Of a DNA stretch of 17,373 nt, positions 1 through 7,357 are shown in pieces; positions within the stretch are counted from its first letter, which is position 1; each line of letters opens with the position of its first letter. This DNA is from Gemmatimonadales bacterium (GTDB lineage Bacteria > Gemmatimonadota > Gemmatimonadetes > Gemmatimonadales > GWC2-71-9): assembly GCA_041577295.1 (NCBI GenBank), contig JBFGJG010000068.1:1-17373 (forward strand). The letters run 5' to 3'. Made by a program: the position numbers and the translations under genes. A model generated the notes under the pieces. The model made no database searches. It was given only the letters and a program-made list of their open reading frames with translations, and was not told the DNA's origin.

Positions 1-870
1 GTATCGAAAGGGTGCTGTGTCCGTCACCATGACCGCAGGGTACCCTTCGCGCCAGAAGGACCAATGATCGGACCAAAAGATGCCCGGGAGGTAACCGGGG
101 GCCGCCGTGCCTTCAGAGGGAAACGCCACGCACTCCCGGAAAGCACGCACGCAACGGCGGACAAGTCGGCGCGACGAGAGGTTGGCGACGAATCCAATGA
201 AATTTCCGGTCCGCGGGTAGAGCAGACCAAACGGGAGGGGATACGCTTGGCTACCGGCCCGATTCGAGTAGCAACCGATGGTCTCGAGCGACAACATTCC
301 CAGCACACGGTCGCCGCGCCGGCGACATTGGCGCGCGTAGACACGACTGCCCATTGAATTGGTGAAGCAATACGGCGGCTCCTCATTGACAAACGCGACG
401 AACCGCAGCGTGTGGACTGGACGTCGGGAGACCCAGCATCGCGCCAGCTCGAGGAGAGCAGCCACACCCGTTCCGTTGTCGTTTGCGCCGGGGCAACCTG
501 GCACCGTGTCGTAATGCGCGCCGATCACGACGACATCGGTCGAAGACGCGCCCGGACGCTCGGCAACGAGGTTCCGCACCTCGTGACCGCCGACGGCATA
601 CGGGTGCCGCTCGACCGCGTATCCGAGGCCCTCTAGCGAATCCTCAACATAGCGTGCTGCGCGCTCGAGGGCCTTTGGCCGATGAAGGTGGCGCTCTCCG
701 ATTTCGGCGGCGAGCGTGGCCACGTGCGAGCGCAGCCGCGCGCTCAACGTGGCGGTGTGGTCGCTGAGCGGGGGGAGGTCGCCACGATACGAACGACCCG
801 GCATGGCCGTCACGTACCGTATACCTCCGACCAACACGATCACGATCGCAATCAGAATCCAGACGAGCAC
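1..870 (-). CDS. M28 family zinc aminopeptidase, N-terminally membrane-anchored; 3' end runs off the window (not in ORF track)
   Basis: Manual translation of the minus strand from GTG at 870 (GGAGGA RBS at 885-880, upstream in-frame TAG at 930-928): MLVWILIAIVIVLVGGIRYVTAMPGRSY...VVIGAHYDTVPGCPGANDNGTGVAALLELAR...FVAFVNEEPP...MLSLETIG...FWSDHWSFWREGYPAVMVTDTAPFRY. GAHYD, GANDNG.G, NEE and SDH are M28 motifs. No stop before base 1. Confidence 0.93.
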   Translation of the reverse strand, partial: MLVWILIAIVIVLVGGIRYVTAMPGRSYRGDLPPLSDHTATLSARLRSHVATLAAEIGERHLHRPKALERAARYVEDSLEGLGYAVERHPYAVGGHEVRNLVAERPGASSTDVVVIGAHYDTVPGCPGANDNGTGVAALLELARCWVSRRPVHTLRFVAFVNEEPPYCFTNSMGSRVYARQCRRRGDRVLGMLSLETIGCYSNRAGSQAYPLPFGLLYPRTGNFIGFVANLSSRRLVRRCVRAFRECVAFPSEGTAAPGYLPGIFWSDHWSFWREGYPAVMVTDTAPFRY

Positions 871-1168
871 GCTACTCGATCCTCCCGGTACTTCGTTGAT
901 TTCACCAGTTGACGGATCCCGTGGCCACTACGGAATTTTTCTCCATGGACGACGCTCAAGAACCCGGAGCACACTTCAGCGAGCGGGATACCGCACTGAT
1001 CCTAGCTCGCAGCGCAGATGATCGAGACCGGAGCGACAGTTCACCCAACCCGACCCGCCGCCGCCGACGAGGCGTGAGGAGGAAGGGGTAGCCGGACTCC
1101 TGACTGCCTCCACCGTTGACGGCGGCAGTACTTTTGACAAGGTCCCACCGGAGCGTGATAGAAATCTG

Positions 1169-3313
1169 ATGTCCGAGCGTCATCGCGTTAACCGCAGAGA
1201 GTTCGTGAAAATCACCGGAGCGACCGGTGCGGGACTCGTCTTGGGCTTTTACCTGCCCGCCTGCACCCGAGGCGACGCCCTCCCGCGTGTCGAAAACGAC
1301 GAGCCGGGGAGCTTCATGCCGAACGCGTGGATCCGCATCGACACCGACGGGGTCGTGACGATCATCGTCGACCGTTCGGAGATGGGTCAGGGCGTCGCCA
1401 CAGCACTCCCCATGCTCGTCGCCGAGGAGCTGGAGGCAGACTGGAAAACCATTCAATTCGAGTTCGCGCCTGCCGATGAAGCCTACGTGAACCCTGCCTT
1501 TCGCGTGCAGGGGACGTTTGGGAGCGCGAGCGTGCGGGTGGCATGGGAGCCTCTGCGGCAGGCGGGCGCCGTAGCCCGCACCATGTTGATCGCCGCCGCC
1601 GCCCAGCGGTGGGGAGTGTCCGAGCGGCGGTGCCGCGCCGAGAACGGGAGCGTCGTCGATGAGGCAGGCGACCGTCGGCTCTCGTTTGGTGAATTGGCCG
1701 AATCGGCGGCCACCCTCCCGGTTCCCCGCAACGTCGGCCTCAAAGATCCGCGCGCGTTCCGCCTCATCGGCACCAGACAGCGGCGCCTCGATACTCCGGT
1801 CAAGGTGGATGGGTCGGCGACGTTCGGCATGGACGTCCGTTTACCTGGAATGAAGTTCGCCGCTGTTGCTCAATGCCCCGTCTTTGGAGGCAGCGTCTTG
1901 CAGTATGACGCCGCACGGGCGGGCGCGGTGCCTGGGGTACGCCGCGTGCTTCGCACCCGCAATGGGGTGGCGGTGGTCGCCGACAACACCTGGAGCGCCT
2001 TACAGGGCAAGCGAGCCCTCGACATTCGGTGGGACGAAGGCGCCAACGCATTCCAATCCAGCGCAAAGATCAGTAATCAGTTTCGCGAGCTCGCCGGTAC
2101 CCGTGGCGCCGTGGTGCGCGAGCAGGGCGATGTGCCGCGGGGGCTCGAACGCGCAGCACGGCAGATCACCGCGGAGTACGAGCTGCCGTTTCTGGCGCAC
2201 GCCACCATGGAGCCGATGAATTGCACGGCGCACGTCCGCAGTGACGGATGCGATGTTTGGGTGCCAACGCAAAATCAAACGGCGACGCGCCGCACCGCTG
2301 CGCGACTCGCGCGGGTTCCCATGGAGCAGGTGGCGGTGCACACCACGTATCTGGGCGGCGGGTTCGGCCGGCGCTACGAGACAGACTTCGTGGGCGACGC
2401 CGTGGAGATCTCCCGCACAATCGGGGCACCGGTTCAGGTCGTGTGGTCGCGCGAGGACGACATCCAGCATGATTTCTACCGTCCCGCGTCCTATCACGTC
2501 CTTCGCGGTGGGCTGGATGCAGACGGCTGGCCATCGGCGTGGAGCCACCGCCTCGTTTGCCCGTCCATTCTCGCTCGTGCAACCGGCGGACGTCTGCGTG
2601 GTGGCCTCGACCCAGAGGCGGTCGAGGGCGCGCGACATCTTCCCTACGAGATTCCAAACATCGCCATCGATTACCACCACGCCGAAACCGGTGTTCCCGT
2701 AGGCTTCTGGCGCTCGATCAATCACACGCACAATGCGTTCGTCAAAGAGTGTTTTGTCGACGAGTTGGCTCGCGCCGGGGGTAAGGATCCCGTCGCGTTA
2801 CGGCTCCGGTTGTTGGGCAGGCGTGTCCGACATCGACGGGTACTCGAGGCCGCCGCGGAGCAAGCGGGTTGGGGAAGCCCGCTGCCGCGTGGCCGCGCCC
2901 GGGGGATCGCACTGCATGAGGCCTTCATGAGCGTCGTGGCACAGGTGGCGGAGGTATCTCTCGTCGACGGAGCGGTCAGGGTTCACCGCGTGGTGTGCGC
3001 CCTCGATTGTGGCGTCACCGTGAATCCCGCGATCGTCGAAGCCCAGGTCGAAAGTGCCATCGTGTACGGACTCACTGCCGCCCTCCACGGCGCCATCACC
3101 ATCGATCGGGGACGCGTGACACAAAGCAACTTCCACGACTATGAGATGCTCCGCATGCATGAGATGCCGGCGGTCGAAGTGCATCTCCTACGCGGGATTC
3201 GCGGTCCCGCTGGCGTCGGCGAGACGGCCACACCACCCATCGCACCCGCCGTGGCCAACGCCGTCTATGCGTTGACGGGCACGCCCGTTCGGCGCCTTCC
3301 GCTCGGGGCGTGA
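1169..3313 (+). CDS. Xanthine dehydrogenase family molybdopterin-binding subunit (isoquinoline 1-oxidoreductase beta / IorB-like), Tat-exported
   Basis: 714 aa. Twin-arginine signal NRREFVK plus hydrophobic stretch. Family motifs RSEMGQG, LAHATMEPMNCTA, YLGGGFGRR, WSREDD, GFWRS, QSNFHDY, GVGETATPPIAPAVANA. Confidence 0.95.
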   Translation: MSERHRVNRREFVKITGATGAGLVLGFYLPACTRGDALPRVENDEPGSFMPNAWIRIDTDGVVTIIVDRSEMGQGVATALPMLVAEELEADWKTIQFEFAPADEAYVNPAFRVQGTFGSASVRVAWEPLRQAGAVARTMLIAAAAQRWGVSERRCRAENGSVVDEAGDRRLSFGELAESAATLPVPRNVGLKDPRAFRLIGTRQRRLDTPVKVDGSATFGMDVRLPGMKFAAVAQCPVFGGSVLQYDAARAGAVPGVRRVLRTRNGVAVVADNTWSALQGKRALDIRWDEGANAFQSSAKISNQFRELAGTRGAVVREQGDVPRGLERAARQITAEYELPFLAHATMEPMNCTAHVRSDGCDVWVPTQNQTATRRTAARLARVPMEQVAVHTTYLGGGFGRRYETDFVGDAVEISRTIGAPVQVVWSREDDIQHDFYRPASYHVLRGGLDADGWPSAWSHRLVCPSILARATGGRLRGGLDPEAVEGARHLPYEIPNIAIDYHHAETGVPVGFWRSINHTHNAFVKECFVDELARAGGKDPVALRLRLLGRRVRHRRVLEAAAEQAGWGSPLPRGRARGIALHEAFMSVVAQVAEVSLVDGAVRVHRVVCALDCGVTVNPAIVEAQVESAIVYGLTAALHGAITIDRGRVTQSNFHDYEMLRMHEMPAVEVHLLRGIRGPAGVGETATPPIAPAVANAVYALTGTPVRRLPLGA

Positions 3314-3963
3314 CTCGCGACACCTTTCTCTTCGACCTCGACGGGACGCTCATCGATTCGATTGAGCTCATCCTCAGCTCGTACCGGCACACGATGATGG
3401 TGCACCGCGGGACTGTCCCGCCGGACCATCGGTGGCTGGAGGGGCTTGGCACACCCGTCCGCGTTCAGCTCCGGAGTTTCAGTGACGATCCCGCCGAAAT
3501 CGAAGCCATGGTGGCGACGTATCGATCGCACAACCACGAGCACCACGACCAGCTGATCCGGGGCTACCCCGGGGTCCCGGAAGCACTCGAACGTTTACGG
3601 GAGCTGGGCGCACGCATGGCGATCGTCACCAGCAAAATGCGTGAAACCGCGACGCGCGGATTGGTACGGTGTGGGATCGCCCATTTTTTCGACGTCCTGG
3701 TGTGCGCCGACGACGTGGAGCGGCCGAAACCCGATCCGGAGCCGGTAAAACGTGCCCTCGAATGGTTGGGTGCAACCGCCGAGGGTGCGGTCTTCGTCGG
3801 TGATTCCGTGCACGACATGAAGGCGGGTCGTGCGGCAAGCGTCGAGATCGCGGCCGCACTCTGGGGACCCTTCCCGCGAGAGTCGTTGGCACCATATCGC
3901 CCCGACTACTGGCTCACGCGGCCGAGCGAGCTCTCGACACTGGGAGCCGCTGCCACGCGGTGA
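3310..3963 (+). CDS. HAD-IA family hydrolase (PpaX pyrophosphatase / phosphoglycolate phosphatase-like)
   Basis: Motif I LFDLDGTLIDS, motif II IVTSK, motif III KPDPEP, motif IV FVGDSVHD. The GTG start overlaps the upstream TGA (GTGA, 3310-3313). Confidence 0.92.
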   Translation: MTRDTFLFDLDGTLIDSIELILSSYRHTMMVHRGTVPPDHRWLEGLGTPVRVQLRSFSDDPAEIEAMVATYRSHNHEHHDQLIRGYPGVPEALERLRELGARMAIVTSKMRETATRGLVRCGIAHFFDVLVCADDVERPKPDPEPVKRALEWLGATAEGAVFVGDSVHDMKAGRAASVEIAAALWGPFPRESLAPYRPDYWLTRPSELSTLGAAATR

Positions 3964-4024
3964 GTTGGCCCACGCTCGCGGCTCAACACAGTATTTTGTG
4001 GCAACGCCCGTCGGATACTGATCT

Positions 4025-4975
4025 ATGGAACGAGTGACAACCTGGCTCCAGGAGACGCTTGGCCTCGGACCAGTCGGGCAACAGAAGCTCCTCGCCTCGG
4101 TTTTGATCATCTTCGTCATCTGGATCCTCCAACGGCTGGTGCTGGGGTTCGTGCACCGCCGCACCGAGGACGTTCGTCTGCGGTACCGCTGGGCCAAGGG
4201 AACCAGTTACGCGGCGTTCGCGACCGCGATCGTGCTCATTGGGGGCATCTGGGCCAACGCCATTCAGTCCTTCGGCACGTTCCTCGGACTCGTCTCCGCC
4301 GGTCTCGCCATTGCACTCAAGGACCTGGTCGTCAACCTCGCTGGTTGGATCTTCGTGATCTGGCGCCGCCCGTTTGAAGTCGGCGACCGGATTCAGATCG
4401 CCGGTCACGCTGGCGATGTCATCGATATACGGATCTTCCAGTTCACCTTGATGGAAATCGGAAATTGGGTTGACGCCGATCAGAGCACGGGACGAGTCGT
4501 CCACGTTCCCAACGGGAAGGTGCTCACCGATTCCCTCGCCAACTACACCAAGGGGTTCAACTACATTTGGAACGAGTTGCCCGTGCTCGTCACGTTCGAA
4601 AGCAACTGGCGGCGGGCCAAGGAGATTCTCGAGCAGATCGCGCGGGACCACGCCATGCATCTCACCGAGACCGCCGAGCATCGAATCAAAGAAGTGTCGA
4701 GCCGGTTCATGATCTTCTACTCGAAGCTCACCCCAATCGTCTACACGAGCGTCGTGGACAGCGGCGTGCTCCTCACCATCCGCTACCTGTGCGATCCCCG
4801 TACCCGCCGCGGAACGGCACAGGCCATTTGGGAAGATGTGCTCGACGCCTTTGGGCACGAAGACGACATTGACTTTGCCTATCCGACTCAGCGCTTTTAC
4901 GACAACCGGTTCGAAGGCAAGGCGGGAGCCCGTGCGCCGCTCGAGCCCGTTCCGGCAGGCGGACCCAATGGATAG
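4025..4975 (+). CDS. Small-conductance mechanosensitive channel (MscS family)
   Basis: Three N-terminal hydrophobic helices, then GLVSAGLAIALKDLVVNLAG, RPFEVGDRIQI, G.VIDI, VPNGKV and a C-terminal IDFAYPTQ, as in MscS-family proteins. Confidence 0.93.
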   Translation: MERVTTWLQETLGLGPVGQQKLLASVLIIFVIWILQRLVLGFVHRRTEDVRLRYRWAKGTSYAAFATAIVLIGGIWANAIQSFGTFLGLVSAGLAIALKDLVVNLAGWIFVIWRRPFEVGDRIQIAGHAGDVIDIRIFQFTLMEIGNWVDADQSTGRVVHVPNGKVLTDSLANYTKGFNYIWNELPVLVTFESNWRRAKEILEQIARDHAMHLTETAEHRIKEVSSRFMIFYSKLTPIVYTSVVDSGVLLTIRYLCDPRTRRGTAQAIWEDVLDAFGHEDDIDFAYPTQRFYDNRFEGKAGARAPLEPVPAGGPNG

Positions 4976-5423
4976 CCGCCCGCGGTACCTCTTTCTGTAC
5001 GGCACGCTCATGCCCGAGTTCGCGCCCATCAGCTTGCGACGCTACGTCCGGCGGCTGAAATACGTGGGGCGCGGACGCATACCGGGCCGATTGTACGATC
5101 TCGGCGACTATCCCGCCGCGGTGCCCGACGACTCGGCAACCTCCCGGATCGTCGGGATCATCTACGCCCTGCCCGCCGATCGCGGGCGGCTCCTTGCACA
5201 CCTGGACCGCTATGAGGGATTCGACCCCCGAGCACCGGATCGCAGTCTGTTCGTGCGGCATCCCTGCCGCGCGATCCTCGATACCGGTGCGGTCCTCGAC
5301 ACTTGGGTGTACGCCTACCGCCGGTCGACCGAAAACGCTCCCCTGATCCCGGGAGGCGACTACCGCGCGTACCGGGGCGGCGCGGTACCCCGCCCGGCCC
5401 CATCGCAACGTTTTCGCCTGTGA
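4968..5423 (+). CDS. Gamma-glutamylcyclotransferase family protein (AIG2-like)
   Basis: In-frame ATG at 4968 (MDSRPRYLFLYGTLM) overlaps the MscS stop by 8 nt and is more plausible than the track start at 4836. Motifs LFLYGTL, GRLYDLGDYPA, LDRYEG, WVYAY, IPGGDY. Confidence 0.88.
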   Translation: MDSRPRYLFLYGTLMPEFAPISLRRYVRRLKYVGRGRIPGRLYDLGDYPAAVPDDSATSRIVGIIYALPADRGRLLAHLDRYEGFDPRAPDRSLFVRHPCRAILDTGAVLDTWVYAYRRSTENAPLIPGGDYRAYRGGAVPRPAPSQRFRL

Positions 5424-5481
5424 AACTATCCAACCCGGATGAACGTCTAGCCTCGTAGACACCTTCCCGAGGAGTGGTCCC

Positions 5482-6576
5482 ATGGCTTTACAGCGGACAG
5501 AACGCCGTGGCGGCGGGAGGCTTGGCATGGCCACGCTACTCGCCGTCGCGCTCGCCCAACCGCTAGCGGCGCAACGCAGTGAGCGCTACGAAGTACCCGG
5601 TGACGACATCGCCATCTACAACCTCGTCGGTGAAGTCCAGATCACGCGCGGATCGGGGTCGGCGGTTGTCGTGGAGGTCACCTCCCACGGCGCCGATGCC
5701 AGCCGGCTCCAAATCGAGACCGGCCGTATCGAGGGGCGGTCGACGCTCCGTGTGATCTATCCAAGCGACGATATTCGCTACCGAAGGAGCCGATGGGACG
5801 GCTGGAAGACAGAGATCCGCGTTCGCGACGATGGGACGTTTGGCGACTCCGATTGGCACCAGCGAAACCGCGGCCGCCGGGTGCGTATCTCCAGCAGGGA
5901 CGGCGACTTCGAAGCGGCAGCGGACCTCCGAATTCTGGTCCCACCGGGGCGCCGTCTCGCCGTGTACCTCGCAGCCGGCGAGGTCGGTGCGCGTGACGTG
6001 GAGGGTGACCTGCTGATCGAGAGCTACCAGGCTTCCGTGAGCACGAGTAACACAGCCGGCTCGCTCGTCATCGACACCGGGAGCGGCTCGGTGGACGTGT
6101 CAAACGCCGAGGGCGACGTGCTCATCGACACGGGCTCGGGCTCGGTGGACGTCACCAACGTCATGGGCAGCCGTCTGCTGGTGGACACGGGCTCGGGTGG
6201 CGTAACCGTTGCTGGCGTCGCCGTGGACGATCTCAACGTCGACACCGGCTCGGGTGGCATCGAGGTGACCGGCGCTCGAGCGCGTGACGTTCTGTTGGAC
6301 ACCGGGAGTGGATCGGTTGATTTGCAGCTCACCGACCACGCCGATCGCGTGGTGGTGGATACGGGGTCGGGATCGGTCACCGTCACCGTTCCTGATTCGT
6401 TTGGTGCGCGGGTCGAAATTGACACCGGGAGCGGTGGCATCGATATCGACTTCCCCCTCCAGCTCCAGCGCTGGGAGCGAACCCACGTCTCAGGCCAGAT
6501 CGGCGACGGCCAGGGTCGGCTCGAGATCGACACCGGCTCCGGAAGCGTGAGGATTCGAAGGGGCAGAGGGGAATAG
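5482..6576 (+). CDS. Secreted DUF4097-family beta-strand-repeat protein (putative adhesin-like)
   Basis: Signal-peptide-like N-terminus (ATLLAVALAQPLAA|Q) and eight (I/V/L)DTGSG repeats, mostly 18-21 aa apart. AGGAG precedes ATG 5482; an alternative ATG at 5527 follows GGGAGG. Confidence 0.88.
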   Translation: MALQRTERRGGGRLGMATLLAVALAQPLAAQRSERYEVPGDDIAIYNLVGEVQITRGSGSAVVVEVTSHGADASRLQIETGRIEGRSTLRVIYPSDDIRYRRSRWDGWKTEIRVRDDGTFGDSDWHQRNRGRRVRISSRDGDFEAAADLRILVPPGRRLAVYLAAGEVGARDVEGDLLIESYQASVSTSNTAGSLVIDTGSGSVDVSNAEGDVLIDTGSGSVDVTNVMGSRLLVDTGSGGVTVAGVAVDDLNVDTGSGGIEVTGARARDVLLDTGSGSVDLQLTDHADRVVVDTGSGSVTVTVPDSFGARVEIDTGSGGIDIDFPLQLQRWERTHVSGQIGDGQGRLEIDTGSGSVRIRRGRGE

Positions 6577-6606
6577 TCGGGGAGAGGGAATAGAGACAAG
6601 CTCTGT

Positions 6607-6650
6607 CGCGCCGCCGCGGGCTTCGGCATCACGGCGGCGCGCTTGGTTTG
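6607..6650 (+). terminator. GC-rich stem-loop after the DUF4097 gene, possible terminator or mRNA-stabilising hairpin
   Basis: CGCGCCGCCG (6607-6616) is the exact reverse complement of CGGCGGCGCG (6632-6641). The inner part is capped by C-TTCG-G and followed by CTTGGTTTG (weak U tract). Confidence 0.5.
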
Positions 6651-6789
6651 TCGGAAGCCCTTCCCGGTCGGCGTTCCCTTGGGACGTTTGCCCACGCTCG
6701 AGGCGCGAGCGCGACTATGTCGATCAGCCTGATCGTGGCGGCTATGGCCGGCTGTCTCGTGGCGCGGGCCATCCATCAGTTGCCGAGAC

Positions 6790-6803
6790 GGTAAGCGCTT
6801 ACC
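6790..6803. promoter_or_regulatory. Perfect 14-bp palindrome GGTAAGCGCTTACC, LacI/GalR-family operator-like
   Basis: Self-complementary, with the central AAGCGCTT core typical of LacI-family operators. Intergenic, followed by an AT-richer patch (GGGAATTGATTAGG). Confidence 0.45.
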
Positions 6804-6836
6804 AGGGAATTGATTAGGCGCACAGAGCCCCGTCTT

Positions 6837-7130
6837 AGATGCCTCGACTTTGATCCAAGTCGTGTCAACTTGGGCCTGAGTCGCCGTGAATTGGATCCAA
6901 GTCGGCTCAACTTGGACCCAAGTCGTCGTATCTTGGGCCTCAGACACCCCTGCCGACGGCTCAGTCGGGGCGAATCGGGTCCAAGTCGTCGCGACTCAGG
7001 TCTCGGGGCACCCTCTGGAAAGCCAAGTTGCCTCGACTTTGGCCAGAGTTGCCTCGACTTGGATCCAAGTCGTCGTGACTTGGGCCTCAGAGTTCACGCC
7101 TCAGACCTGGGAACGCCCACCTCCGGCCTC
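6837..7130. repeat. Degenerate tandem array of about 14 x 21-bp dyad-symmetric units, consensus approx. AGTCGYCKCGACTTGGRYCCA
   Basis: Units read in exact 21-nt register, e.g. 6837 agatgcctcgactttgatcca; 6858 agtcgtgtcaacttgggcctg; 6879 agtcgccgtgaattggatcca; 6900 agtcggctcaacttggaccca; 6921 agtcgtcgtatcttgggcctc; 6984 agtcgtcgcgactcaggtctc; 7047 agttgcctcgacttggatcca; 7068 agtcgtcgtgacttgggcctc. Confidence 0.9.
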
Positions 7131-7357
7131 AATCATCGCACACGTGCTCAGGGGAGCGGCGCCCGCCACTTCGGGTGGGGTCCCCCGGGGGCAGAACACT
7201 GCTGTGGGAAATCACGAGAGCGCACTAATGGGGAGCTTTCCGTAACGACCACGAAGGACCATGCCCACTGCACGTCGCCCGTGATCCGAGGTTTCCGGCC
7301 TTCTATCCCCTCTAGCCCCTCTCATATTACCTTCTGCCGCTCAATCTGGAGGCCGGC

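Noticed and set aside
909..1091. Small ORF as a [2Fe-2S] partner subunit or leader peptide
   Set aside because: No cysteines, weak start context and a low-complexity Arg-rich tail.
3983..5029. Long antisense ORFs (3983-5029 here; also 15836-16963, 2000-2731, 10873-11637)
   Set aside because: They lie opposite well-supported genes, which is expected in high-GC DNA, and carry no motifs.
6073..6543. Nucleotide repeats GACAC(C/G)GG... as a DNA repeat element
   Set aside because: They are the codons for eight DTGSG protein repeats and vary at synonymous positions.
6024..6947. 307-aa minus-strand ORF
   Set aside because: Mostly the antisense shadow of the DUF4097 gene plus part of the palindromic array. 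The same frame has a TGA further into the array, and there is no recognisable domain.
6837..7130. CRISPR array
   Set aside because: Units are contiguous 21-mers with no unique 25-45-nt spacers, the repeats are degenerate, and no cas gene is in the window.
6837..7130. Canonical chromosomal parS sites
   Set aside because: The palindrome CGACTTGGATCCAAGTCG does not resemble TGTTTCACGTGAAACA, and no parAB gene is present.
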